From contig CAZOSO010000004.1 in NCBI GenBank assembly GCA_964582635.1, positions 1 through 34,046 of the forward strand: a stretch of 34,046 nt of DNA, in the 5' to 3' direction. The position numbers were made by a program, and so were the translations under genes. Of the stretch, positions 1 through 9,800 are shown piece after piece (positions within the stretch are counted from its first letter, which is position 1; the number at the start of each line of letters is the position of its first letter). The DNA is from an uncultured Weeksellaceae bacterium. GTDB taxonomy: Bacteria; Bacteroidota; Bacteroidia; Flavobacteriales_D; CAYVSK01. Under the pieces are notes generated by a model that was given only the letters and a program-made list of their open reading frames with translations, was not told the origin of the DNA and did not search any database.

Positions 1-552
1 GTCGATTACGACGGGTTCCTGCAACCCCTTTTGGAGAACGAGGAGATCACCTCGATAACCGTGGACGGTGCGGACCAAAAATGGTTCGGAACCGCCAATT
101 CCGGGGTCTTCCATCAAAGCCCCAACGGCAAGGAACAACTGCACCGCTTCTCCGAAAGTTCGAGCCCATTGATATCGGATGGGATCAAGGATATCGCGAT
201 CCATCCCGAAACCGGAGAGGTCTTTTTCGGTACCGACCAAGGCATCATCTCCTACCGAGCCCAAGCGACCGAAGGGAAGGAACAACTCCAAGAAGTGGTG
301 ATCTACCCCAACCCCGTTAAAAAAGACCATACAGGGCCGGTGGCCATAAGAGGGCTTCCTTCGAACAGCACCGTCCGCATCACGGATATCAGCGGCGATC
401 TGGTCTTTAGAGGGCGGTCCAAAGGAGGACAGGCCATATGGGACGGAACCGACACCGAGGGCTTAAGGGTCCGGACCGGCGTCTATTTGGTTTTCGTAGC
501 ATCGCCCGGAGGGGAACAAAGTCTAGCAGGAAAGCTCATGTTCTTTCACTAA
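1..552 (+). CDS. C-terminal part of a secreted beta-propeller protein carrying a type IX secretion (T9SS) C-terminal sorting domain. The 5' end lies outside the window. PorZ-like is possible but not established.
   Basis: Frame 1 is open from base 1 (VDYDGFLQPLLENEEITSITVDGADQKWFGT...), so the listed 31..552 ORF is only the tail of a longer gene. Blades of the type 'I.sI.vD....WFGT..G' and 'IkDIaih..tGEVFFGTdqGiisY' resemble two-component-regulator propeller repeats. The last ~85 aa (VIYPNPVKKD..VRITDISGDLVF..GQAIWDGTD..G..V.TGVYLVFV..GKLMFFH) fit the Por_Secre_tail pattern. The stop codon TAA overlaps the recO ATG (TAATG). Confidence 0.75.
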   Translation, partial: VDYDGFLQPLLENEEITSITVDGADQKWFGTANSGVFHQSPNGKEQLHRFSESSSPLISDGIKDIAIHPETGEVFFGTDQGIISYRAQATEGKEQLQEVVIYPNPVKKDHTGPVAIRGLPSNSTVRITDISGDLVFRGRSKGGQAIWDGTDTEGLRVRTGVYLVFVASPGGEQSLAGKLMFFH

Positions 553-1292
553 TGCCCGTGGAAAAGAACAGCAAAGGGATCCTCCTCCACCGTTTCGATC
601 ATTCGGACAACAGCGCCATCCTCAAAGTGCTCACCCCAGAGGAAGGAGCCTGTTCGTTCATCTGGAAAGGGGCCAAGAAGCGACAAAAAGGAGCGAGCTA
701 CGGGAGCATCGCCCTCCCCTTGAACCGATTGGAGTTGAGCGCCCGTTTCAAAGAAGGCGATGGGCTGCACCTTCTCAAGGAGATCCGCGTCACCACCCCC
801 TTTCAAAAGGTCCTGGAGGAACCCGAGCGTTCAGCGATCGCCCTTTTCCTGAGTGAATTCCTTTACCGAACCACCCCTTTTCAACCCCCGGACCCATATC
901 ACTTCCAGGAAATAGAAGGCTTTATAGAGGAGTTGGACCGGATGGAGGACCCGCGCGACCTCCACTTGCACTTCATCGCTCGCTCCATGCTCTATCACGG
1001 CATCGCCCCCGAAGAAGAAGCTCCGGAGAATGCCCATTTCGACCTCATGCAGGGTTGCTTCAGAAAGACACCCCCTGAACACGAACACTACCTATCCCCT
1101 CCTTTAGCCGAAGCTTTCGCCGAAATGTTGACCCAGGGTCCGGGCGAACGGGAACGCTTTCTAAAGGGCACGGAAAAGCGCCAGGAACTTTTGGGGAAAT
1201 TGATCGATCATCACCGCATTCACTTAGGAAGCTTCGGCCGCATCAGATCCCTGGAGGTCCTTCAGGAGCTCTTTACCGACACCCCCTCTTAA
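552..1292 (+). CDS. recO: DNA repair protein RecO
   Basis: The start MPVEKNSKGILLHRFDHSDNSAILKVLTPEEG..F.WKGAKK.. is a typical RecO N-terminal OB-fold opening, followed by a helical C-terminal domain. The ATG at 552 overlaps the upstream stop, so the 438..551 extension in the ORF track overlaps the previous gene and is unlikely to be coding. Confidence 0.85.
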   Translation: MPVEKNSKGILLHRFDHSDNSAILKVLTPEEGACSFIWKGAKKRQKGASYGSIALPLNRLELSARFKEGDGLHLLKEIRVTTPFQKVLEEPERSAIALFLSEFLYRTTPFQPPDPYHFQEIEGFIEELDRMEDPRDLHLHFIARSMLYHGIAPEEEAPENAHFDLMQGCFRKTPPEHEHYLSPPLAEAFAEMLTQGPGERERFLKGTEKRQELLGKLIDHHRIHLGSFGRIRSLEVLQELFTDTPS

Positions 1293-1840
1293 TAGCGGGT
1301 CTGCTTCAGGGAGAGTTTATCCAACCACAAGCGGGAAAGATCGGAATGGATGAAGAGCTTGACAGGAGCAGGATCGGAAAGAGTGAAATCCCCGTTGAAA
1401 ATGACCCAATCGCGGGTCAGGTCCCGCTCGCGCTCTTCCTTTACACCGGGCCGGAACACCTCCACCGAGCGACCGTTCTGGATCACCTCCACCCAGAAAG
1501 GAGCTCCTTCTCGATATCCTTCCTCCGCCCGATACCAAAAGCTTAGCTTATAGGCACCCGTCCCCTTCGGCTTCAAAGAATCGAGGAAAAGGTCGATGTG
1601 CCCGTTCCTGGCCTCGAGCCCCAGGGAAAAAGTCCCCTTCAGGCTGATGGAGTCCTCGAAATAAGAGCGACCGTAAGGCTGATGCCACTGCGTTTTGACC
1701 GCATTGCTGTCCTCGAAACCCCCGTTCGGGATCAGGTTCACTTCACCCTGCGCTAAAAGCGCTTTTACCCCCAGGCTCCAGGACCCTAAAACGCCCAGTA
1801 TCAACAGGAGGGTTCTCGCGAAATGAGCCCTGAAAAACAT
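1289..1840 (-). CDS. Hypothetical secreted protein, possibly with a galactose-binding/CBM-like beta-sandwich fold
   Basis: It has an N-terminal signal peptide (MFFRAHFARTLLLILGVLGSWSLGVKALLAQ). 'NLIPNGGFEDSN' is a typical first strand of CBM4_9/galactose-binding-like domains. It lies 11 bp downstream of the co-oriented lipoprotein gene. No catalytic motif was recognised. Confidence 0.55.
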   Translation of the reverse strand: MFFRAHFARTLLLILGVLGSWSLGVKALLAQGEVNLIPNGGFEDSNAVKTQWHQPYGRSYFEDSISLKGTFSLGLEARNGHIDLFLDSLKPKGTGAYKLSFWYRAEEGYREGAPFWVEVIQNGRSVEVFRPGVKEERERDLTRDWVIFNGDFTLSDPAPVKLFIHSDLSRLWLDKLSLKQTRY

Positions 1841-1851
1841 CGGGTCAGCCC

Positions 1852-2436
1852 TTAGGCTGCTTTATCGCTCTTTTTGGGACGAATGCTCCGGGCGGACTTG
1901 AGCATCCGATCGATGTCCTTTTTCGTGAATTCTCCTTTACCCGTTTCGATCACGAAAGGCTTCCCTCCGGCTTCGTGGATCAAATAGAATTCGAACATCT
2001 CCTTATCACCGGTGGGAACGCTCTTTTTATACAAGAGGAGCGAGTCTTTTTCCTTGACGAAGGTCAGCTCAAGAGCTCCGCTCATGTTCTTGATATCCTT
2101 CTTCTTGGCCTTCATATCCTGGGCGGGCGGGGCTTGCATCACATTCATATTGAACCTTTTCCCTGCTGAAACGGTCACTCCTCCCCGATTGCTCGGTTTC
2201 GCCTGAGCGGGCCGTATATTTTTGTCAGGATCCTTTTTCGGTACATGGATAACAGCCTCAACCCCATATTCGCTGAGGTTCATCTCCTTCATGTTCTCAT
2301 AGGATCTGCCTTTATCACCGTTGTCATCTTTCCCACCGTTCCCGTTTTTACCGTTATTATCGGAGGAACCTCCACAAGCAGCGAATAAGAAGACTGAAAT
2401 GGAAAGGCAGGTGAAGAGCTGAAGAGGACGTCGCAT
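1852..2436 (-). CDS. Hypothetical lipoprotein
   Basis: It has a lipoprotein signal peptide with a lipobox-like LFAAC|GGSS, followed by a low-complexity N/G/K/D linker (SSDNNGKNGNGGKDDNGDKG) and then a ~140-aa globular part with no motif I recognise. Confidence 0.55.
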   Translation of the reverse strand: MRRPLQLFTCLSISVFLFAACGGSSDNNGKNGNGGKDDNGDKGRSYENMKEMNLSEYGVEAVIHVPKKDPDKNIRPAQAKPSNRGGVTVSAGKRFNMNVMQAPPAQDMKAKKKDIKNMSGALELTFVKEKDSLLLYKKSVPTGDKEMFEFYLIHEAGGKPFVIETGKGEFTKKDIDRMLKSARSIRPKKSDKAA

Positions 2437-2557
2437 CTTATTTGAATTTTTTGTTCTCCGGACAAAGATAAACCTGCCTTTGGAAAATCAAATAGGAAGG
2501 AAAAGGCCAATAGGATCTTCTTTATTTTCGCTATGAGACACTGGTTTTAGATAGGGA

Positions 2558-3709
2558 ATGCTGAAGTGGTCGCTTTACTTAGGAAAGCTCAGTGGGATCA
2601 GGCTTTATCTTCACTGGACCTTTCTCCTGCTCATCGGATGGATCCTGGTGGGGGACCTGGGGAACAGGGGCTTCCCCGAAGGTCTTATGACCGTGGTCTT
2701 TATTTTGGCGGCCTTCTTCTGTGTGACCCTCCATGAATTCGGACATGCCCTCACAGCGCGGAAATATGGTATCCGCACCAAGAACATCACCCTCCTCCCG
2801 ATCGGCGGCCTGGCCAATATGGAGCGGATGCCCAAACAGCCCATCCGGGAGTTCAATGTGGCAATAGCAGGCCCCCTCGTCAATGTCGTTATCGCTGCTA
2901 TCCTTTACGTTTTCCTCTGGACAACGAAAAGCATGCCCAGCCCCGAAGAGCTTCGGAATATTCAAGGCGTCACCCGGGAATTTTTCCTGTTCCACCTCTT
3001 CGTGGTGAATGCCCTTTTGGCCCTTTTCAATCTGATACCGGCTTTTCCGATGGACGGAGGCCGGATCTTTCGAGCTCTTCTCTCTTTCAAAGTATCCCGG
3101 AGAAGGGCCACACAGATCGCTTCCCAGGTCGGCCAACTGCTGGCCATCCTATTCGTCTTCGTGGGCCTTTTCAACCACTTTATGCTGGTCTTCATCGGCA
3201 TCTTCATTTTCCTCGGAGCTAATGCTGAGAACATTTACGAATCCACGAGCTCGATCCTCGAACGTTACCGAGTGAAGGACGTCCTCATGCACCACTACAT
3301 CACCCTCTCCCCTTACGAGCGCTTGGAGAAGGCGGTGGATCACTTGCTGGACGGCCAGGACACCGACTTCCTGGTGACCGAAGGGCACGCCGTGAAAGGG
3401 GTCCTGAGCCGTAGCGACATCTTTGAGGGATTGGGGACTTTTGGAAAAGAAGGGGTGGTGATGAAGGCGATGCGAACGGATTTCCGATCACTGACCCCTG
3501 AAATGGACCTCCACCAAGTCTATCAGGACATGAGCAGGGGAAGCGCCACCGTTCACCCCGTTTTCGACGAGGAGGAGCGACTGATCGGGATCCTCAACAA
3601 GGAAAATATCCAAGAACTCCTCATGGTGCGGGAGATCTTGGATAAAGAGGAAAAAAGGCAGGAAGGAATGGGGAGGCTCGCTGAAAAGAAGCCTCCTGCT
3701 GAACCTTAG
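2558..3709 (+). CDS. Site-2 protease family (peptidase M50) membrane metalloprotease with a C-terminal CBS domain pair
   Basis: The HExxH zinc motif sits in a TM helix (LHEFGHAL). The second S2P motif is NLIPAFPMDGGR. There are multiple TM segments. The C-terminal ~130 aa look like tandem CBS domains (VKDVLMHHYITLSP..., VMKAMRTDFRSLTPE...HPVFDEEERLIGILNKENI). Confidence 0.85.
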   Translation: MLKWSLYLGKLSGIRLYLHWTFLLLIGWILVGDLGNRGFPEGLMTVVFILAAFFCVTLHEFGHALTARKYGIRTKNITLLPIGGLANMERMPKQPIREFNVAIAGPLVNVVIAAILYVFLWTTKSMPSPEELRNIQGVTREFFLFHLFVVNALLALFNLIPAFPMDGGRIFRALLSFKVSRRRATQIASQVGQLLAILFVFVGLFNHFMLVFIGIFIFLGANAENIYESTSSILERYRVKDVLMHHYITLSPYERLEKAVDHLLDGQDTDFLVTEGHAVKGVLSRSDIFEGLGTFGKEGVVMKAMRTDFRSLTPEMDLHQVYQDMSRGSATVHPVFDEEERLIGILNKENIQELLMVREILDKEEKRQEGMGRLAEKKPPAEP

Positions 3710-3781
3710 AGGTCGCGGACGGATTCGAACCGTCGTGCGGGGTTTTGCAGACCCCTGCCTAAGCCACTCGGCCACGCGACC
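3710..3781 (-). tRNA. tRNA-Cys (anticodon GCA)
   Basis: The reverse complement reads GGTCGCG-TG-GCC-GAGTGGCTTA-GGC-A-GGGGT-CTGCAAA-ACCCC-GCAC-GACGG-TTCGAAT-CCGTC-CGCGACC-T. This is a full cloverleaf of 72 nt with a 7-bp acceptor stem, a TTCGAAT T-loop, anticodon GCA and discriminator U (the Cys identity element). CCA is not encoded. Confidence 0.9.
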
Positions 3782-3831
3782 TTCTGACCACGAAGGTAAA
3801 AAAAATCTTCCATGAAGGCCGGGTAAGGAGA

Positions 3832-4203
3832 TCAACCGGAGAGGCGCACCCGCACATTGTCGACGCTCCCATCGATCGGCGGGTTGACCTTCGTGACCCG
3901 CACTTCCACCCGCTCCAATGGAGCGAACTCTCTCTTGAGCTTTTCGAGGATCCGATTCCCCACATGCTCGATGAGTTTGGAGCGGACCTTCATCTCTTTC
4001 ACGACGATATCGTTCACTTTGACATAATCGAGGGTCTTATCGAGCTCATCCGATTCAGCGGCTTTGTGGAAATTGGTGTGAAGGGCTACATCGACGATGT
4101 ATTCACCCCCGATCCGAGCTTCTTCCTCGAGGCATCCATGGTAGGCATAGACCCTGATCCCGTTGACCTCGATGACGTTGAGCCGCTTATGCTGTTCGCT
4201 CAT
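3832..4203 (-). CDS. folB: Dihydroneopterin aldolase
   Basis: At 123 aa, the sequence IEVNGIRVYAYHGCLEEEARIGGEYIVDVALHTNF...DELDKTLDYVKVNDIV...SKLIEHVGNRI is the classical FolB pattern. It overlaps the gltX stop by 17 nt, consistent with an operon. Confidence 0.85.
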   Translation of the reverse strand: MSEQHKRLNVIEVNGIRVYAYHGCLEEEARIGGEYIVDVALHTNFHKAAESDELDKTLDYVKVNDIVVKEMKVRSKLIEHVGNRILEKLKREFAPLERVEVRVTKVNPPIDGSVDNVRVRLSG

Positions 4204-5731
4204 AGTCCTCCTCGAGCTTTTCCAGTCCCCGATCGATACGCAACAAAGTCTCTTCTTTACCGATGATCGCCGCGATCTCGAAGATCGAAGGCCCCATGCC
4301 CTTTCCCGTTAAAAGGACCCGTAGGTTGGGCATGACCTTTCCAAAGCCGAGTCCCTTTTCCTCCAGAAAATTGCGGAACGCCTCTTCGATCCGCTCGGCC
4401 CGGAAATCCTCCAAGCTTTCGAGGACCTCTCGGAGTTCCCGGATGATATCAGGGGTATCGGCTTTCCACTTTTTCTTGACCGTCTTTTCATCGTAGCTCG
4501 TGGGGCGACGGAAGAAATAAACCCCCTCCAGCATATCGTGCACGAAGGTGGCCCGCTCTTTCATCACTCGACAAACCTCCTTGACGGTGGCTTTATCCGC
4601 CTCCAAGCCCTCTTTCTCGAGCAAGGGTGTTAAAAGCTCGGCCAATTCTTCATCCGAACGCTTCCGAAGATGTTGCTGCTGGAACCAGCGGGTCTTGTCC
4701 ACATCGAACTTGGCCCCAGCCTTTCCCACACGGTCGAGCGAAAAAGCTTCGATAAGTTCCTCGTGGGCGAAGATCTCCTGATCCGTTCCGGGATTCCAAC
4801 CGAGAAGGGCGAGCATATTGATGAAAGCTTCCGGAAAATACCCGTTCTCTCGGTAACCCTCGAAATGCCCTTCTTCTGGATCGTCCCATTTCAAGGGAAA
4901 GACCGGAATGCCAAGCCTTGCCCCGTCCCGTTTGCTGAGTTTTCCGTTCCCATCGGGCTTCAGGATCAAAGGGAGATGAGCGAATTCAGGCATTTCTTCC
5001 CCCCACCCTAAATAGCGATAGAGGAGCACGTGGATCGGCGCGGAAGGAAGCCACTCTTCTCCCCGGATCACATGCGTGATGTCCATGTTGTAATCGTCTA
5101 CCACGTTCGCGAGATGATAGGTGGGCATCCCATCGCTCTTAAAGAGGACTTTATCGTCAAGGTTAGAGGTATGGACCACTACCCACCCACGGATGCGGTC
5201 GTGAAAACGGACCTCTTCGTTCCGCGGAACTTTGAGCCGGATCACATAGGGATGCCCTTCATCGAAGAGCCGTTGCACCTCGTCATCGGAAAGGGTCAGC
5301 GAATTCCGCATCGAGTTCCGGGTGATGGCATCGTATTGGACCACCTTGGCTTTAGCGGCCTTGGCTTGCTCCCGCATCGCCTCCAATTCTTCCGAAGTGT
5401 CGAAGGCGTAATAAGCAAAATCGGCCTCCACCAAACGCTCGGCGTATTCCCGATAACTCTCTTTTCGCTCGGATTGACGGTAAGGAGCGGACGGCCCTCC
5501 CTCCCGGAAACTCTCATCGATCTGTATGCCACACCAGTCCAGAGCTTCAAGGATATAATCCTCAGCTCCCTCTACCAAACGGGTCTGATCCGTATCCTCT
5601 AGACGTAGTACGAAAGTGCCCCCGTGTTTTCGAGCGAATAGATGATTGTACAGTGCGGTCCGAACACCCCCCATATGTAAAGGTCCCGTAGGACTGGGGG
5701 CAAAACGGACGCGTGGTGTTGTTTGCGTCAT
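4187..5731 (-). CDS. gltX: Glutamate--tRNA ligase
   Basis: The N-terminus is RVRFAPSPTGPLHMGGVRTALYNHLFARKHGGTFVLRLEDTD, a HIGH-type motif. The KMSKS-type motif is KLSKRDG. A length of 514 aa is typical of bacterial GluRS. Confidence 0.95.
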   Translation of the reverse strand: MTQTTPRVRFAPSPTGPLHMGGVRTALYNHLFARKHGGTFVLRLEDTDQTRLVEGAEDYILEALDWCGIQIDESFREGGPSAPYRQSERKESYREYAERLVEADFAYYAFDTSEELEAMREQAKAAKAKVVQYDAITRNSMRNSLTLSDDEVQRLFDEGHPYVIRLKVPRNEEVRFHDRIRGWVVVHTSNLDDKVLFKSDGMPTYHLANVVDDYNMDITHVIRGEEWLPSAPIHVLLYRYLGWGEEMPEFAHLPLILKPDGNGKLSKRDGARLGIPVFPLKWDDPEEGHFEGYRENGYFPEAFINMLALLGWNPGTDQEIFAHEELIEAFSLDRVGKAGAKFDVDKTRWFQQQHLRKRSDEELAELLTPLLEKEGLEADKATVKEVCRVMKERATFVHDMLEGVYFFRRPTSYDEKTVKKKWKADTPDIIRELREVLESLEDFRAERIEEAFRNFLEEKGLGFGKVMPNLRVLLTGKGMGPSIFEIAAIIGKEETLLRIDRGLEKLEEDYERTA

Positions 5732-5874
5732 ACCCTCGAGCTCTGAGGGCGCAAAGATAGAAGCTCGGAAGGGAACCCGTTCCCATTTCTCCTTCCTTAT
5801 GAAAAAGGAACAGCCCCTCTACCGATCATTTTTGATAGCCGTCCGCCTTGAAAGAGCACCTTTGCTTCTGCTTT

Positions 5875-6747
5875 ATGATCCGTTCCAAACCAGCAGGAGA
5901 TTACCGGGCCATCGACTCGGGAGACGGGCGCAAACTGGAAGCGGTCGGCCCTTATGTGCTGGACAGGCCCGAAGCGAGCGCGGAGCATCCGAGCTCTTTG
6001 ACCTCGAAAAGGTGGCAGGAACTGAGGCATGCACGCTATGAAGAGGGGGAAAAAGGCACAGGAGGAGAATGGCAGCTTCTTACGAAAATGCCACTGGAAT
6101 GGAACGTCGAACTCCTTACAGAACAACTAACATTGAAGGCTCATTGCCGGATCGGTGATTCCAAGCATTATGGCTTTTTTCCGGAACAAGCGGTCAACTG
6201 GGATAAGCTTTACCAGGAACTCCGAAAAGCGCAAGGTCCCAAAGCGCTCCTTCTCTTCGCCTATACCGGGATGGCTTCCCTCGCATGCCGAGCAGCCGGG
6301 GCGGACACCTTTCACGTAGAAGCCAGTAAAACGACCCTGACACGGGCGCGAGAGAACATGGAGTTGAACGGGCTATCGGATATCCGATGGGTCCTGGAGG
6401 ATGCCATGAAGTTTGCGCGGAGAGAAACCCGAAGAAAGCGTCGATACCACGCGATCGTGCTCGACCCTCCTTCCTTTGGCCGGGGACCGGACGGGGAACT
6501 CTGGAAAGCTGATGAACGAACGGTCGAACTCCTCGAAACCTGCTTGCAGCTCCTGGACCCGAGAACTCACCTTCTCATCATGAACCTCTATTCAGAACTT
6601 TCTCCGATCAAGGAACTCCGGGAAAAGGCCGCCCATTTTTGTGAAAAGAACGACGCTCTTTTTTCGATCCACGACCTTTATATTCCCTCAGAAGAAGGGC
6701 ACGGGATCCGAGCAGGAAGTTGTCTGCGGATCGAAAAGAAGGCTTGA
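5875..6747 (+). CDS. Class I SAM-dependent methyltransferase, RlmI/PF10672-like (probable RNA methyltransferase)
   Basis: The SAM-binding region is LLLFAYTGMASLACRAAGA and the motif IV-like sequence is IVLDPPSFGRG, as in the RlmI family. I prefer the first ATG at 5875, because the ORF-track start at 5848 is a TTG. Confidence 0.7.
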   Translation: MIRSKPAGDYRAIDSGDGRKLEAVGPYVLDRPEASAEHPSSLTSKRWQELRHARYEEGEKGTGGEWQLLTKMPLEWNVELLTEQLTLKAHCRIGDSKHYGFFPEQAVNWDKLYQELRKAQGPKALLLFAYTGMASLACRAAGADTFHVEASKTTLTRARENMELNGLSDIRWVLEDAMKFARRETRRKRRYHAIVLDPPSFGRGPDGELWKADERTVELLETCLQLLDPRTHLLIMNLYSELSPIKELREKAAHFCEKNDALFSIHDLYIPSEEGHGIRAGSCLRIEKKA

Positions 6748-6802
6748 AAGGGCTTGGGCTTGAAGCAACAAAAAAAGCCCCTCATTCGTTAATCAGTTCA
6801 CC

Positions 6803-9800
6803 ATGAGCAATGGGAACGAATACAAGCTCCTCCTTCGGAAGCTCGACGAGTTCATCCGAAAATACTACAAGAACCAGCTTCTGAAGGGGTCTTTGCTGGC
6901 TGTGGCCTCTCTGATCCTGGCTTACCTCTGCATCACTTCCCTGGAATATTTCGGGCATTTCCCTTCCTTCATCCGATCCATCCTTTTTTACGGGTTCATC
7001 CTTTTCACCGCAGCGATCGTGGGAAAATGGATGGTCTTACCAGCGTTCCGGCTCTTCAAGCTGGGGCAGACCATCGATCACAAGGAGGCTGCCCGGATCA
7101 TCGGTTCCCATTTCCCGGATATTCGGGACAAACTTCTCAACACGCTCGAACTCCAGGAACAGGCTGAAAAGGGAACGGCGACGGCAGGTGCGAGCAAGGA
7201 ACTGATCCGTGCGAGCATCGACCGACGGATCCAGGATCTTCGTCCGATCCCCTTCACCCAAGCGATCGATCTTAGCGCCAATCGAAAATACCTCAAGTAT
7301 GCCCTCCCCCCCCTCCTTCTCTTCCTGATCCTTCTCTTCGGGGCTCCGAACATCCTTAGGGACGGCACCCAGCGGATCGTAGAGCACGCGAGCCATTTCG
7401 AACCAGAAGCACCTTTCGATTTCGTGCTTCAGAACGATTCCCTAAGGGTCGTTGAGCAAAAAGACTTTCGCCTCAACGTGGGGATCGAAGGAAAGGAGCT
7501 GCCGGACAAGGCCTACATCGAAATGAACGGGAACCGTTTCAAGCTCAAAAAAGAGCAGGCGGGCGATTTCTATCACCATTTCAAAGGGGTCGATGAGGAT
7601 GTCACCTTTCACCTGACGGCCGGAGGCTTTCGTTCCAAAAAATATCAACTACGAACCCTTCCCGATCCGCGCGTCGTCGAGTTCAAGGTCGTAGCAAAAC
7701 CTCCCTCTTATACGGGACGGGAAAAGATCCAAAAGAACAACTCCGGGGATCTCAAGGTACCGGAAGGCACCAGGATCGAATGGAAATTCCGGACCGAGGA
7801 AGCTGAGCAACTCCTCTTTTCGATGGGGGACTCCACCTATAACCCCCAGCAAATGGAGGAAAACCGCTACCGCTTCATCCAAAAGGTCTTTAGCGATCAG
7901 GGCTATCGGATCCAGCCGAAAAATCGCTTTGTCAAAGACCAGGAAGGCATCCAATACCGCATTCAAGTTCAGAAAGACCGCTATCCACAGATCGAGGTCG
8001 AAGAAAAAGTGGATTCCCTGACGGAGAAAAAGCGCTACTTCCGCGGCAAGATCGACGATGATCACGGTTTCACCCAACTCAAGTTCCACTATCGGGCCAT
8101 CCCGAAAGAAAGTGGGAAAGCTCCCTCCGAACGTCCGGAGATGAAGACCGAAGCCCTTTCCGCACCTCAAGGAAAAACGAACGGCGAATTCTTCCACGCT
8201 TGGAGTCTATCCCAGCTGGGAATAGGGGCCGGCGATCGGGTGGAGTATTATTTCAGCGTGACCGATAACGATCGGGTGAACGGACCCAAGACCACCCGCT
8301 CCCAAAAAATGACCTACCGGGCCCCCACCAAAAAAGAACTTCGAAAGGAGACCGAAGAGAAAGAACGCGAGATCACAAAGGACCTCAAAAAAGGAGTAGA
8401 AAGCAGCAAAGAGCTCCAAAAGAAGATGAGCGAGATCCGGAAGGATCTTTTGAACAAGCAGAAAGCCGGGTGGAAAGAGAAAAAGAAGATCGAAGAAGCG
8501 CTCCAAGAGCAAAAGAAGCTTCAGAAACGGATGGAGGAGATCAGCAAGAAGCGGCAAAAGATGGAGCAGCGGAATTCCGAATTCCGAAAGCAGAACGAGG
8601 AGCTGCAGAAAAAACAAAAGAAGCTCGAGGAACTCTTCGACAAGGTAATGTCGGAGAAGATGAAAAAGATGCTCAAAGAGCTCCAGAAGAACCTCGATAA
8701 AATGGACCGGAAAGAGCTGCAGAAAAAGATGGAGGAAATGGAGCTTTCCAACAAAGAGCTCGAAGAAAAGCTGGACCGCAATCTCGAGATGTTCAAGCGC
8801 CTGGAATTCGAAAAAGAGCTTCAGGAGAGCATCGAGCAGATGGAAGAGATGAAGAAGGAACAAAAAGAATTGGCCGAAAAGACCGAGCAGGAAGAGCAGC
8901 AAAAAGGCGAAAGCCAAGCTCTGGATTCCTTGAAAAAAGAGCAGGACTCCCTCAACAAAGAGTTCCAGAAAATGAGGGAGCAATTGGACTCCCTCCGAAA
9001 AAAGGACCAGGAACTAGAACATCCGAAGGGGATGAAGGACACCGATCCGAAAGAGAAGGAGATCCAGAAGGACATGGAGGAAAGCTCTAAGGAACTGCAG
9101 AAAGGGAAACAGCAAAAAGGATCCAAGAAACAAAGCGGAGATTCAAAGCAAAGCGGGGACTCCAAGAAAAGTGGGAACTCGAAGCAAAAGGGTGCCTCGA
9201 AAAAACAGAAAGATGCTGCCCAAAAGATGGGAGAGCTCTCCAAGAGCTTGAAGCAGATGCAGCAAAAGATGAAGCAGCAGACCCTTAAGATGAACATGCG
9301 CACCCTTCGGGCCTTGCTCCACAACCTGATCGAGCTCTCGTTCGACCAGGAAAAACTCATGGAGCGAGTGAAAAAGGCGAACACGGATGACCCTGCCTAT
9401 ACCGACCTTGGGAAAGAGCAAAAACGGATCAAAGAAGATTTCGGAAAGATCAAAGATTCCCTATATGAGCTGAGCAAACAGGTGTTCCAACTCAAAGCCA
9501 AGATCGACCAACAGGTTGAAAAGGCGGACCGGAACATGCGCAAAAGCATCGGGCATTTATCCGAGCGCGAACCCGGAAAGGCCGCCTCGAGAGAGCAATA
9601 CGCGATGACGGCCATGAACGAGCTCGCGCTTCTTTTGGACGAGAGCCTGAAACAGATGCAGAAGCAATTGGCCATGAAAATGCCCGGCAAAGGGAATTGT
9701 CAAAAACCCGGTGGAAAAGGGAAAGGTGCCCCTTCCTTGTCTCAATTGCGGAAGATGCAGCAAAAGCTCAACAAAAAGATGAAGCAGATGCAAAAGGGGC

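Noticed and set aside
438-551. N-terminal extensions offered by the ORF track: recO from 438, mnmG from 11214 (TTG), rodA from 26261, MoeB-like from 15179 (TTG), RlmI-like from 5848 (TTG), TPR protein from 33633.
   Set aside because: The extensions overlap the preceding gene in another frame or encode basic low-complexity peptide. Internal ATGs give N-termini that match the known family starts or clean signal peptides.
834-841. HIP1-like octamer GCGATCGC, the cyanobacterial highly iterated palindrome. It also occurs at 26317..26324 and 31580..31587.
   Set aside because: I found only three copies in 34 kb, far below cyanobacterial HIP1 densities. The gene content is clearly Bacteroidota-like. 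These copies are most simply a by-product of the general GATC/CGATCG excess reported separately.
6748-6802. A possible intrinsic terminator after the RlmI-like gene, with GGGCTT...AAGCCC stems around 6750-6781.
   Set aside because: The stem is only 6 bp, the loop is 13-19 nt, and no U-tract follows. That is too weak to call.
8207-9384. Long antisense ORFs (258 aa at 8207..8983, 187 aa at 8821..9384, 91 aa at 8521..8796) opposite the giant K/E-rich gene. They encode F/L/S/C-rich products.
   Set aside because: They are the mirror image of the GAA/AAG/AAA/CAG-rich sense strand, which reads as TTC/CTT/TTT/CTG. They are pure low complexity with no motif or start context. The sense frame is continuous for 1165 codons with a sensible membrane-protein architecture.
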